DNA of 64,000 nt from Vermamoeba vermiformis (Eukaryota): assembly GCA_045837725.1 (NCBI GenBank), contig JBEWZL010000239.1:496001-560000 (forward strand), given 5' to 3'. Made by a program: the position numbers and the translations under genes. Of this stretch, positions 40,103 through 53,939 are shown piece after piece. Each line of letters opens with the position of its first letter. The stretch's first letter is position 1. The notes under the pieces are model-generated. The model did not search any database, was not told the DNA's origin, and worked only from the letters and a program-made list of their open reading frames with translations.

Positions 40103-43100
40103 ATGTCGATCTTTCAAGAGTTCTTTTCCGGCTTCGCGAAGTCTAAGAAGACTCCGAAAGCGCAGAATTTAGAATGGATGCAGACGTTGGAAAAGAAGAC
40201 CAACACAATGCTACTGGTCATCTCCTCCATCTTAGACAAGAATGACCGAAACCACCAAATTCAACAATTAAAGCGATTATACACATTAATCACAGATTTT
40301 TCTCCTATGTTACAGCAAGAATTGCAAGTGGTAAGACACTCCCCATTTTTTTTTCTCTGGATTAAATTATTTAATTCAATTTTTCCGATCAATATCGTTG
40401 GATCGCGATTGTTTATGAGCCCGACGATTCGATTTTATATCTCACACTCAATTGATTTTGTAGAACGGCTTGGATAGTGCGGAATGCGAAGGAGAAATGA
40501 ATATAGTTCGAAATACACTTCTGGAATTGTGGATGAAGCTAAGCATGATTATAGAAAAGATTGAAAATCCACAAGATACCGTGCAATTTCTTAATGTTTT
40601 ATTTCGGTAAGCCCAAGACCTTATTAAGTTCCATTTATTTGAAAAAAAATCGTCTTTTCGCTTTATTACAAAAACCGTTAATTTTCAATTGAAAATATTA
40701 ATGCAAATAATTAATCAAATTAATAACTACATTAAGCAAATCGGAAAAACGAATAATTCTAATTACGAGATCGAGTTTCTCCTTGTTACGGGAGCTACAT
40801 TCCTAAAAAGGAAATTAAAATCTAATTGCTTTAATTCAGCATTATGATACGCAACGAGTTTGATCCACGGTACTTAAACTTCGATTTGAATGGAAATATA
40901 CGCTGCACAAATGACGTACTGGACTACTACAAAAGATACCAGTATTTAATGCACAAATTGTATGACTATATAACCGCCAAGTTAGCGGACGTAATTCCTA
41001 CCAGTGTAGAGGGCCTAGCACCGCGTAATACGGTAATTATTAACAACGTTAAATTTCGCTCGACATTTCGAATTTTAATTTATTGCGCCCATTAATGCAT
41101 TGACACTAATTTTTAACTATAATAGGGCTTGTTCACGACTTACGCGAGGATATTAGTGGCATTTTATTTTAGAATGCCCAGTGTACAGACTGACATTTTG
41201 AGGGCCACAGCGGTGCCACCAAACATTGACCTGTGGGACTTTACTAAGATCAGACAAGAGCTCGCAGACGAAGAAAACAAACCAGCGCCACCACCGCCCC
41301 CCGTGCCCAAGAAGAAGGGTGGACTCGTGCCTTCAGTCAATCAGGTGCGTGCCACTAGTCCTAAACCACCACCGCGCAGCACGACTGCACGCCCTTCACC
41401 ACCCCCGCCTCCGATCAAACAGTCAACAGTTGTCAGCAACACCAATGTTAGCCCGACTGTGCCGCTGCAAGTCAATGGCACTAGTCCCACCAAACCACCT
41501 GTCAGAGCAGCTACGGACGCAGATTCACCAACCGCAGCACGATCAAAATCAGCAGCGAACATAATGACGCACGCACGGTCACATTCAGTCAGTGGCACGT
41601 CATCAACGAGCGGCAGTCCATCGAAGACTGTTGTACCGTTGTTAAATCTTCCGCGAGCTCAGCTCACGACAGTGCCTGAAGGTAACGATGAATCAAAGGA
41701 AATTCCATTGACACCAACGACAGCGCAACGACAACCTGATTTGGGTAATGGTCCCATGCCCAAATTAAATGTCAACGGCAGTGCATACAACGGCAAGAAT
41801 AACAACAACAACAATAATAACAATAACAACGGCATTCGACATTCGATTGAAGTTGAGCGCGGCAGTTACAAATCACCGCCCATTGATGTCGAGTCACTGC
41901 GGATCAGTGCGGAGATGCCACTCAGTCCACGAACAGCTGAAAAGTTGATGCGCGAAAAAGAAGACAAAATGAAAGAAGAACGCGCTGAAAAGTCACGAGC
42001 ACAAATGGGCATGTTGTTCCCTGGATTTGTTCAATGGCCGCTCGTTCATCGTCTGCTCTTTGATTCTGACCCCAAAATGCAGAAGATATTTTAGTACGTC
42101 ACTGTGAATTAAAATGGTCTAAGTGCCTATCTAACCACTTCGAACAGTACTAAAGAACCAAACACCGGTTGGCTCGGATGGTTCCGCAACGGCGAGTCAG
42201 CGCTGTTCGTGATATTTATTCGCGAGTTTGTGCGCTACGTGTACGTCAAGATCGTGAAGCACTTGCACATGAAGGTGCGTGATCCGGAACACCCGCCTGT
42301 CACTGGTCGACGGAACTCGCTGTCTGCACATCACGGCTCCGGTCACGTGCGAAGTAAATCGACGGGCGACATTGACAGCGACAAAGCGAAGAACGACGCA
42401 GACAACGACGAGTTGATGCCTAATGCCTCGGACTTTGACTGGTCTGTCGTCACTGGATTCAACGCACTCGGAGGCGCGTACATGTATCACATGAGGCGAC
42501 GAAGGCGCTATCCCAAATCAGTTGTTGACTGCAGCTGTGCTTTGATAAGGTCAGTATAAGCACGAAGACATCGAGGTTATATTGATAATGATATGTGGGC
42601 GTTGATTTCATACTTGCAAACGATCTGCCAGTCTCAAAATTAACCGTTAATTAACGGTTTCATTTTTTATTATAGGTGCAATCCTAGTCTTATCAACTAC
42701 TTTATTAAATGTGTATATGAAAAAACAAGCATGTTCAGTCAACAAGCTGTAATCGGTACGTGCACTCAAGATCCGGATCTGGCTCGCATGAACTAACAAT
42801 TAAAATATTATAGACACTCTAAATAGAATAGAAGAGTGGTTTAGCGCTTTCGATAAGTCTCATTTGACATTGCCAAAGTAAGATCTGCTCGATTCAATTT
42901 AAGCGCGCAATTACTAAATTCGATTGTATTAGTGACTTTGACCTTGATTATTACATCATGGGTCTAGATTTGATATTGTCGACCGATCACCATCAATTGA
43001 CTGCTAAAGTGCTCTCATTAACATACCACTACGCTCATCTGTTTACTGGACAGCAGAGAAAGGTGATATTCGGCGACTTCTTCATTAAGAAACACTTCTT

Positions 43101-43702
43101 CTCGCTGTTCTTGCACTGGGATGATATAGTACGCAATTATTTCCAACAACTGTTAATATTTAAGGTAAGCACAAAACTATTTGTCGATCTGAATTCAAAT
43201 TTCTAAATTATTCTTAGACGGTGCGCGTAAAGAGATCTGAGCTGCATAAAGAAGGTTTTAAGACCCCTGAACTAGCCAAAACCTCCATGACCCCACCTGA
43301 ACGACGAGTCAAGTCGTATTTGTTCGACGGAAAGTCATCAGATCTGTGGATCGATTTGTACGTTACATGAATGCTCCTTCAAACATATATCTAACAATAT
43401 GATTAGGGAGCTCTATGGCAACATTACAGCGTACATTAAAGTGATTGAAGATCAGTTCAGAGATCACACCGTGACTGGCTACGAGCCACGTCTCGAAGTC
43501 TACGTGCCCAAAGCAATGACTGAATATCGCTTCTATTTGAGCAGATATCATCAATGGGAGTCACAAGGCTCCACTCAAGCTCCTGGTATGTGCCTAACAG
43601 TAGTAGTTTAATATATTGTTTGATTTACTAATCAATTTAATTCTATTAGGATTAATACCAATGTCCGCTCTAAGTGAGCGAAGGACAGTAATTGACGCGT
43701 AA
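40103..43702 (+). CDS. Conserved hypothetical protein, DUF1765-like, with a Pro/Ser-rich insert
   Basis: Multi-exon; C-terminal block FFSLFLHWDDIVRNYFQQLLIFK resembles the DUF1765 motif (HWxxxVRxYFxxLL). Confidence 0.55.
41798..41830 (+). repeat. AAC/AAT trinucleotide repeat encoding poly-Asn
   Basis: aat aac aac aac aac aat aat aac aat aac aac, in frame. Confidence 0.9.
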
Positions 43703-44166
43703 CAAGGAAGATAGCCCTGACCAACTAGGCAGTATATGACGTGTAAATAGGTCTTCGGTTACTTGCTTGTAACGCGCATGTAAGATAGGCTAAACGAATA
43801 TTTGACACCAGACTTGCAAAAATGGGTCGTAGAGTTCTAATTACTTCTATTTTCGTCATTTTATCATTACGCGGCAGCAGGTTTGAACGAAATTCAAACT
43901 CAAATATTTTTATTTTCAACCTTTACATAGCAACAACAAACTTCCTATTTCTTTCAGTATCAAGTACGATTTGACTTCGATTGCTAAAGCCGTCGTCAGA
44001 TACCAATTGGAGCAAAATAGAAAAGCTGATTCCGGAGTCGGATTCGTTGAACTGAGTGGATCTACGGAAACTGGTACGCTAAAATTATGAAAAACTGTTA
44101 TTATTCAATTTATTCTTCGTATTTTCCAACATCAAGTTGAAAATCCTGACTTGAATTTGCAGAATT

Positions 44167-47100
44167 ATGGAGGAGCTGATTGATCCGACTTGGAATAAAG
44201 AAGAAGTCAAGAAGTGGGCGGCCAAGTATTTTGGTACTAGCGTTGCCGAGAAGTTATATGCTCAAGATGCCACAGGCTCTTACTTATTGATAAAAGATCG
44301 GATCGGATTTGTAACGGCGCCTTACTGGTTTACTGACGAAGTAGCCACGAGATTAACGAAGTGCATCCAACATTCGCAATGTAGGTATATCACCACAATA
44401 AATACGCGCTAACTACCAGTAATAGTGACAAAGAGAACGCCACAGCAAGCGATCGACTTTTTGGCCAGCGCACAACTTACACGCGAAGAACTGCAACTCG
44501 TGCACTCGTGGCTATCGGAGTATATGATTGACCATCGCATTGTCAAACATCAAGACTCGCGATTTGACTTCGCAATCCCTGTTGGAGTGACGGACCCAGT
44601 TGGCTGGACTTCATTGCCCGAGGCTCCCTTCTTGAACCGCGAAGAAACATTACTGACTCTCCTCAACGACTGTTACGCTAACTTCCGTCTGAGAGGCGAC
44701 GAAGCAAAGCCAATGGCGGCTTTCATCGCAACGTCACCTGGATACGGCAAGACGAGGCTGTTGTTAGAGTGGGCAATCAGAGTATTTCACGACACACGTG
44801 TGCTGCACGCATTTTGGAACAACGTGCCAGTGTCTCCAAACCATCCTGCGCCACCTTTCAAATCTTTGATCGATGAAATTGAGGAGTACAGCAGATTACA
44901 CGCAGACACTAACAACGACAAATTCAACCGAGCCCTGTTCATCAGCAGATTGCACCAAACACTGAAACAATCAAGCGTCATCTCCGTGTCAGCAGATCTT
45001 CTAGGTGCTGTGGCAATTGCTGCTCCGGACGAGGACCTGCAGGTGGAAAACGTTGTCGACGTCATTTGCAGAAAGATCATGTGTCACGCACTGTGCTCAC
45101 GGTTCCGCGGCAGGGTTATTGAATACGCAAACACGTCAGTGATGATACCAAGTGCATTCGATCCAAGTCTGGGCACCGACAAAGAGTGGTTAGCTGAGTC
45201 AGGACTGCTATTGCCCGAAGGCTCTTTCTTCTCGCTCTTCTGTTTGTTGATGGGCGCGATTGATTACGAGCACAAATCATTCTCTTACTTTGGCCAACCA
45301 CAGTCATCACCGCGCATAGTACTTGTCAACATCGATGAGTGTCAGGTACGGCCATTCAAAAGCTAACTGTTCAATACTGATGGAGTACAGAGCTTGGTTA
45401 AGGCACCTGCAAAGGATAAAACTGTTGCTTGTTACGTGCTGGAGAAGTTTTACGCGCTGCAAAACATGTTCGTGAAATACCCCCTGCGAATACACGTGTT
45501 GATGGTACGAGGGTCAATGTTGATCAATACTAACATATAATAGGTCGGGCTCGTGTCTACGGAACTTGAGAAACTAGAGGACAGAACTAAGTTCTGCACG
45601 AGAATAGCACTGCCGTTAGACCCGTTGTTGTCACAGAGTTACTGCAACACTCTTTGTAGCCGTATCACTGAACAACCTCTCAATGAACAGGCACAGAATA
45701 TTATTCGCGTATTATGGAAGAGAAGTCTTGGCATTCCTCGCGCCGTTCAGATTCTTCATCACGTGCTCGCCGCGAACAAATCAAAGCTCAGTGGAGAGCC
45801 TGGCGCTAAGAAAGACATACTGGCACGATTTACAGAGACAGCGAAACAATACTTCTCGGCCAAAGGGTTAACAGAGTCAGCTGCTGCACAAGTATATTCC
45901 ATGACACATTCAGAATGGGAACGATTGGTTGTTGAAGCTAGTTTGTGCGTACAAAAGAAACAGACTGACATCATTGGGTACGTATATAAATAATCACTAT
46001 AATAGTAGCTGACGGGCTCTCAGAAATACAACGTACGCTTGTCTCGAATCAGAAGGCACGCTATTGCCATTCAAGTTCGGTACTAACACCAACAACGATG
46101 CTCTGCGCCAGTACACAATGCCGTTTCACTTTTATGGAGAGACGTTAGGCGTAAGTCGATCTTATTGTTACGCTTCTTGGTGCTAATCGGACTAGGGTCT
46201 CAATTTGCTGAAATCTGAACCCAAAGCGAAATTTACGATAGATTTGCTTGATCAGTACATTCCTTCTATTGGAGACATAATCGGCCCCGATGGCTCACAA
46301 GACGAGTTACAACAGGAAAAGGCATGTGCAGTCTCGTTGTGGGCTCGATACAAATTGAGTCAATCGACGTCTGGCTGGTGCAAATTTGCTGATTTAATTG
46401 AAACATGGCCTTCAGAACATCATTACGTAAGCGAACTAAGTAGCCAAATTAATGACACCTATACCAAGCGTTTTTAGTGCAAGTTCGATTCCATAACCAA
46501 TGCCAAATCACCAATGACAGCTGAATTATTCAAAGAAAAGTTTGAGTTGTTGAAAGAATCACGATCTATCATCATTAACGAAAACAACTCTGCCTTCGCT
46601 GACGTGTTGATTCCAATTTTAAAGCTGTCTTCGGAACTACTTCAACAGCATAATCAACTTCTGCAAGAGGTCCAAATCGTAAGTCCCCGTAAGTTTGTGA
46701 AACCTGCTCACCAGAACAATAGACTAGCCCAGAGAGTAAAGGCAATGCGAAAAAGAAACTGCGACAGTTCGAGCAAGACAACACTTGCTATTTGTTGGTT
46801 CAGTGTCGCTCGCACTTGTCGTCAGGTTCCTTATTTAATGAATGGCAAGAACATCAACTTCCAGACTTAATGGAACAAGGTCACATTCATGTGTTACTCG
46901 CACCAAATCTATCGCAGCAGACTCTTGACGAGCAATCTCTCAGCAACACCAAGTGGATCCAATCTTCAGGCCGTGGATGGCCGAGCGAATTGTTTTTGTT
47001 CCCCTACAGCGACTCAGACTACAGTAGTAGTGAGTCTGAAGAAGTGTCAGAAGACGAGAAGGAAAACTTGGGTGAGGACGTGCAAACCCAGATGTCTCCT

Positions 47101-47184
47101 GACAATGTGCCAGTCCAGCCCACTCTCAAAAGGAAGATGGTGGTACAAGGAGGAGGCGAGCTAAAGAAGCCTAAAGTCAACTGA
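44167..47184 (+). CDS. SAM-like header + P-loop NTPase + restriction-endonuclease-like domain (Crinkler/CR-effector-like)
   Basis: WNKEEVKKWAAKYFGTSVAEKLYAQDATGSYLL (SAM-like); TSPGYGKTRLL (Walker A); VLVNIDECQ (Walker B); SLGIPRAV; INENNSAFADVLI...LLVQCR. Confidence 0.65.
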
Positions 47185-47234
47185 AAATAACACGGATAGT
47201 TTCGAAAAAATTATTTACATGCAAGTTATCTTTG

Positions 47235-49200
47235 TTACTTTTTGTGATAGATCTTAAAGTTCTCGCGGTCTTTGTATTTGTCTTTTGTTCTGCGCCACTC
47301 TTCAAACGGAAAATCAGGCGCAATTTCAATTTCTTCTCGCGGTGAGATCCACTCCAAAAACTGCCAGACAAAAAAGCCTAGCACGACTATCATACAAAAC
47401 AACTTGCCAGCCCACGGTCCACAGCCGTAATGACGTCGCAGCCTTTCGAGCAGCGGCCACGGCTCTTCACGAATAATTCTGTCGTACACTTTTTCAGTCC
47501 GTTCAGCCACGTTGTTCCAATCGTAACAATGTTTCACTTCTTCGTGCATCTTCCACGGATCTACTGTCGGCAGACGCCTGACGGCCTCACGGATTTTATC
47601 GATCAGATCTGATTAAGAGAAGGTGAGATCAAGTCAATGACACGTGTCAAAATCATACCTCCAGCGTCAGGCTCAGCGAGCACAATGTAAGAAGGCGGCA
47701 GTACTTCAGGCACACCGCCGACACTGGTGCTCACGACCATCAAGCCACAACACGCTGCTTCAACAATGGCGATACAAAATGCCTCGGTCAGCGAACAGTT
47801 CAAAAAGATGTCACCGCGGACCAGCACCTGTTACATGTTAATAACACTGATGCAATAGAGAAATTGACACTTACATTGCGAACTTCGTGGTGTGGCACAT
47901 TGCCGAGCAGTGTCACACGATCGTGCAGCTGATGTTTCTCGCGCATGTCTTCGAGATCAACACGCTTGTTGCCATCACCGCCTGCAGAACCGATCAGTCA
48001 TCTATTGTAATCATATTGTATTCACCCTTGTACGTACCAATCAGAAAGTCAACATTGGGATAGAGTTCACAGATTTCAGGGATGACTTCAACTAACAGGT
48101 CCATGCCTTTACGGTACACTAAGCGACTCACGACCACAATAGTAACTAACGGAAGGTTAATACTAATGGCTGATAAATATCATAGTGCGTACTTCTATTG
48201 GGTGTGCGTTGTGACGGGTCAGGCACAAATCGTGGTCCGTCAAGTGCATTGGGAATGACTGACACATCGAGTGGATCCAATGAGGCACGCAGCACTGTGT
48301 TCTCTTTGCTGTGATTGGTCACGTGTTAATTACCAAATATGGTACCGGACCAATGAATGACACGTACCCCGTGTGCGAGACACAAATCGCGTGACTGACG
48401 TCGGAAAGTGAGAACTTGAGCACTTTGTTCATGTGAATGCTGCTCGCGTCTGCAAAGCCAAACACAGAGTGGTCGGTGAAACACGTGCGGTAGCCCATTG
48501 TGCGCGCGATGAACAGACCTTCCAGCGCAATGCACGAGAAGCCCTAAAGAGATGTCAGTCCCGTTCATTGATGACTTGTGAGGAGGTGCCGGGTAGTACC
48601 TGATGGCAGTGCACGATCTCTATTTGTTCGCGTATTAATATTTTTCTGACGAGTGGAAACAGCATGCTCAACACAATGGTCGGAAATGAACTTTGATTGT
48701 AGAACTCTTTTTGCGGCAAATAATACACTTTGAGGCCGTTCGTTAAATATCGGACACCTTTTCTATTGTTATAGCTGTGCGTAACAATGATGACCTGTAT
48801 TAGTGTTAAATATCAGTTATTGAGCCAAATTAACGATTTGAAATTGAAAAGTTTGCTAATTCGTTATCAAATAAATTTATTTTTATTTTTTAAATAGATT
48901 GTAATTAATTGTTGATGGTCATAACTATTGTAAGGCGATATTAAGCCGTGTAAAATTATTGAATTATTTTTTTCGACAGATCACGAAATTGTCGGTTTTC
49001 GGACTTACCTTGTTACCCCGAGCGAGTAAGCATTGTGATAGTTGATATAAATGTTGCTCTACACCTCCGACATTCGGATAAAAGAAGTCCGAGAGCATAG
49101 CAATGCGATAGCCTTTTTTTTGAGCGGCATCCGTCAAGTTACTCTGTTGTCGTATAATCTCCGAAATATCAACACTGGCATGACGAGAGTGTGTTAGCAT
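47235..49200 (-). CDS. PIGA: Phosphatidylinositol N-acetylglucosaminyltransferase subunit A
   Basis: [84 protein letters not shown]. Confidence 0.97.
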
Positions 49201-49348
49201 TTCATTTCAATTCAATAATTAATGCTAAATTCTGCTGCACACGTTGACAAAAAAATCGAATAAAATTGATAACAAAATTTGACCTTTTAGTTCCACTTTG
49301 AATCGAGTGTAAGAGCACAATAGAGGCATTGATATATATTAGCACAAT

Positions 49349-49994
49349 ATGGCATCAGAATTATTGAACCCAAACCCGACCGTTTACAAGGTCGCTGAAA
49401 TTAAGCGCAACGAAAACACCGAAATGGACGAGAATATTGTGGACGGTTTTGATACGTTAGAAATATACGGTAATTAATTATAATATTATAATATTCAGTA
49501 TTTCATGTCATATTAATAATTTCGCAGATCTCATTAGAAAAATTAATGATCCCGAACACCCGTTGACTTTAGAGCAGCTCAATGTCACCAAGCACGAGCT
49601 AATTTCATTAGACAATGACCGAAGTTATATTAGAGTGTTTTTCACACCGACAATCCCTCACTGCTCGATGGCGACTTTGATCGGACTGTGCATCCGCGTC
49701 AAGCTGCTCAGATCATTGCCTGAACGATTCAAAGTCGATATTATGGTCACTCCTGGCACACACGCCTCTGAAGAAGCAGGTAGGACTCTTTGGAAGTTTT
49801 CCACGTGGAACTTGACTGATCTGATCCTGTTTAGTTAATAAGCAATTAAACGATAAAGAACGTGTTGCTGCTGCTTTAGAAAATGGCCATTTAATCCGTA
49901 AGTATAATTGCAATGCCAATCTACGGATCCAACCTAATTTCTAATATTTTGATATTCAGAGGTTGTTAACAACTGCATTGCCCACACTGATTAA
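49349..49994 (+). CDS. CIAO2B: Cytosolic Fe-S assembly factor MIP18/FAM96B
   Basis: [73 protein letters not shown]. Confidence 0.95.
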
Positions 49995-50177
49995 TGCTCC
50001 ACTGTATAAATAACAATAGTCACATCAATCGAGTGAAGAACAGCACTCATGTAAATAAAAGCAACTTGTAACGACATCCGCGAACAAAAAAAACTAAGAG
50101 GTTTTACTATATTACAAGTGCGTCAAGGATTTGTACAAAAATATTTAAAGCGTGATATATGCCACTACAATCACGCT

Positions 50178-52451
50178 CTAAATCGCGTCGTTGTCCTGCT
50201 GAATGGTCCAGACGACGAGTGCCTTGAGGTTGGTGAGCGTGTATTTGAGGGCCTTGGTCCAATTCTCTTCTGAACTGTACTGCAGCTTGATCGACACATT
50301 CTCCAGCTTGTCGCCCTCGACCCTAATAATACATCGTTAGTCAACTACGGAGCAATACAACGCGTGTAATGTGTCGTACTTGTAGGGCAGTCGAAAGTTC
50401 TTGTCGCGTGTTTGAATGTGCGCAGCGAGTTCCGTGAGACATTCTAAGAACGCCACCATGCCATTGTCAAAGCGGCGGTACCAGAACAGCCGTACCAGAC
50501 TCAGATCCCGTTCACCAAACCTGTGCTCGAGGTTAGTCATGAGATTTTGGACCAATCAGGCACGAGCAACAAGTATTTAAACTTGCCCTGGTAATTTGAC
50601 CGTTTTTTTTTCAAATATAAATAAGTGAACAACACTCGCTGTTCATTTTAATCAATTTCAACGTGGTCTTTCAATCGACTTACAATTCATAGCTCGTGTC
50701 ACTGCCTGGCTTCTCGAATTTAGTTTGACTTCCAAACGGCAAAATTTTGTATCTGTAAGCACTGTTAGCATCACACAACCACCGCTTTCTTGCACATACC
50801 CTTTGAATTCGTAATTGAGAAATTCAGCGATTGACACGAGTGCTTGTGCTGCAAATCCCCAGCCAGCATTGATTTCGGACCACTCAACTGGGTGACATTG
50901 TTAGTGTCAGTGTGCAACCGCGTGCGTGTCATGTACGTACCAGGTGTGGAAGGCAATCGACCCATGCGCAGGCCATTGATTGTGCCGAAGTGGCCCTCGT
51001 ACCAAATATGAAACGCGTCCGTTAATATGTGCTCACGACGTCGCTGCTCGAGCTGTAGCAGTGCTGATTTTGTGCTGTTCGATGCATCGTTAGTACGCGC
51101 GTGTCAAATGTCACAACATGACACGTTGACACTTACACTTGTCGCACGCTGTGTCGCTCTTCAACAAACAGTTCTTGATCTAGTCGCAGCTTGCCGTGCT
51201 CGCACCAATATTTTTCTTCGAGTTCTTGGTACGTGGAATGTTCTCGCCTCAATTTGTTCAATTTCTTTTTCGTCTTTTCTCGTTGTTTCAAAATCTCCTC
51301 GAGCTCTTTCTTCAGCTCTTTTTCTTGATGTTTCAGCTGTGCCACTTCTTCGCTAAAGTCACAATCAGCTGCTTGCTTCTCTTCTGCCTCTAATTTCAAC
51401 AAAAACTCTTGGTACGCTGCAACTTCTTGCTTGGCGTCAACAATGGATTTGTTAATGTCGTCCAGTCTGAATCGTGCGCACTCGACACACAACGGAAAAT
51501 CAACAGCAATCTCAGCCGTAGCGAGATCTAACAGCTTGGATACCTGGTCAAAGGTGAGTCAACAGATATTCTCAAGTCTCATTTTACCAATGGTTCAATT
51601 GATACCGCATCACTGTCAGGCACCAGCACGTCGTGGCCATTAGCATTAGACTCCATTGCTTGCACGTCAATGCTCGCATTCACTTTCTTGCTGCGACCAG
51701 GCAGACCAATCCTCCGCTCTGTGCACACGTTAGTTTGACGGATTTGATGCTCGTTACATTGACGTCAACTTACTTGTCTTCGTCTTCACTGTGCTATAAC
51801 CTGCAGCGGCAATATCGAGTGTTAATTTTACCTTGCAATGAAAGTCGCTAGTGCTACACGTACCTTTGTCACTTTTGGTCTTAGAAGTGTCGTTGATAAT
51901 CACAAAATCATTCGAAGGACTACCCCCACGTGTCGCAGGCAGCAGTCTCGGCGAGGTCATGGCTGGACTGTGCGAACCTGGTGTAGGGGTTGGCGAGGAC
52001 AGCACGCTCTTGGAGAACACTTGCTTCTGTAGCGAGTGTCAAAGTCAATCAAGGAATAATCTTAATTTAGAGCAGAATGATGCTTTTATATTGCCCGTAC
52101 CTGTGCATCGTCCTTATAAACAGCGTCTGATGGAACCACCTCAAAATTGTTGCTAACTTTTTGTAAAGCAACCTCCAGATCAATATCTAAATAAATATAT
52201 TATTAATGCGATTGTTTAATAATTAAGCATTTAATGTTGCAATGACGAATATAATCATTCACTAATATGTTCCTAATAATTACTTCGATTTTTCCAAATT
52301 TTCTGACACAATGCAATAATCAAATTACACTTAATAATGAGCATTAGTTAGTACCTTTATCTTTTTCTAACTCTTCAAAATTAATTTCTGTCAACGACGG
52401 ATGCAGGTCGAGTTTCTTTCCACACCGTTGACAAACGAATATTCTATCCAT
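50178..52451 (-). CDS. ATG6: Beclin-1/Atg6/Vps30
   Basis: [20 protein letters not shown]; coiled coil; [60 protein letters not shown]. Confidence 0.95.
50544..50662 (+). repeat. 119-bp dispersed duplicate (copy A) inside an ATG6 intron
   Basis: 116 of 119 nt identical to 58611-58729 by direct comparison. Confidence 0.95.
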
Positions 52452-52609
52452 TTAGTCTCTATTTGACGATGCTACTAATATCTATAATATATACATGAAT
52501 AAATACAAAGATGTCGTGCAGTCAACAATAAACAAGGTGGAATGAAACCAGCCCTGATTTTGCAAGAGACATTCGCTGTCAATCAAACAAAACTTCTAGA
52601 AGCATGTAA

Positions 52610-53120
52610 ATGGAGCTGAATACCACAGAAGAGGAGTTTATAAGGTCCAACGGACATTCAGGACGATTGGCTCATCAGGTTTACTTGGATCTAAAGCTAA
52701 ATAAGAAATGGAAAGCGACAACGCTTAAAAAAATTGGAGAAATTTGTTTCGTTGAAGGAAATACTGCCGAGGACTTGGTACGTTAAGCAATCAGCCTTAT
52801 ATTGCTGTTGATTTATTTTTAAATCTTCACGAATTATCAGATCCCAAAACTAACTTAGCTACTTAATCTCCAGGAGCTCACAAAACACATAATTCCCGTA
52901 GATAATAGTACGCCTATATCTCCTAAAATGTAATTATCAATAAGTGTCGTTTCATAATTCTGACAAGTTAATTTAAAGTATCAGCGATCTGTTCGCGCAA
53001 TTCGCTCCACTCAAGCCTGAACCGCAAAGAGAGCTGCATCTTTCATTAGCATTTATATCAAATGATTCGACTATTGTCTATTATCGGCTACAGCCTCATT
53101 TAGTGCCGCCCAAAGAATGA
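52610..53120 (+). CDS. TSEN15: tRNA-splicing endonuclease subunit Sen15 (3 exons)
   Basis: Spliced: LAHQVYLDLKLNKKW...HIIPV...LSLAFISNDSTIVYYRLQPHLVPPKE*, matching the Sen15 motifs VYLDL..W and DSTIVYY. Confidence 0.8.
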
Positions 53121-53188
53121 GCGATATAATTTTTGTAATTTGTTGTGGATCAACCAAACACAGCTTGTATTATAGTATAAAATTGAAT

Positions 53189-53861
53189 ATGTTGAAGCCT
53201 AAAGTATTGCCTCAATTGTTGCAACAAGCCAACACGAATGGTGTGAAAGCTACAAGGTACGACAAGCAGAGCGGATCGCGACTTAATCAATCAAAATAAT
53301 ATTGAATTTATTATTAATTATAATTATTAGTTTATTGACCACCGATGGTTCTCTTCTCGCAAGCTCTGGCGATAACGGCAAAGTCATATCCGCTATTTTT
53401 GCTAATATTTGGACTTCTTACGAAAAATCGCAAGTCGGAAACTTGGAATATTTATTGAGCGAATGCGAGGTAATTTTATTACCATTTTCTGGCGATTATT
53501 ATCATTTATCCATGATTGTTTTATGTGGTTCCTATTTTGCGTGATATCGATCAACAAGAAGTTGTATCAGTACTGTGTATTTACATAAATGCCTCTAATA
53601 ATTAATTTTGTCTTTAGGAAGGAAAGATCTGCGTAACTAAAGTAACCAATCAATTTTTATTATGTTTATACGGCGATTTGACTTCAGAATTTGGCATGTT
53701 GAAACTAAAGGTATTTACAGTAACACTTATACTTATGTAGCAGTACAATATTATACACACTAGGACACCGCGGTGTCAAGCAAGTACTGATGAAACTTTT
53801 TTGACAGGCCAAGCTATTAAAAGAATACCTTGAAGAGCCATTAAAGCAAATCATGGACTAA
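53189..53861 (+). CDS. LAMTOR2: Ragulator subunit LAMTOR2 (roadblock fold)
   Basis: MLKPKVLPQLLQQANTNGV...LLTTDGSLLASSG...AIFANIWTSYEK...ECEEGKICVT...EFGMLKLK...EYLEEPLKQI. Confidence 0.93.
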
Positions 53862-53939
53862 ACACCTCTATATATTCGTTGTACCTGTTTTATAAACCAA
53901 TTTGTGATAGATCTGTGTTCGATTATTTTGCGCAAAAAT

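Noticed and set aside
46670-46800. Apparent frameshift between ORFs 46514-46870 and 46792-47184
   Set aside because: A phase-0 intron (GTAAGT at 46679 to AG at 46722) joins the two frames cleanly.
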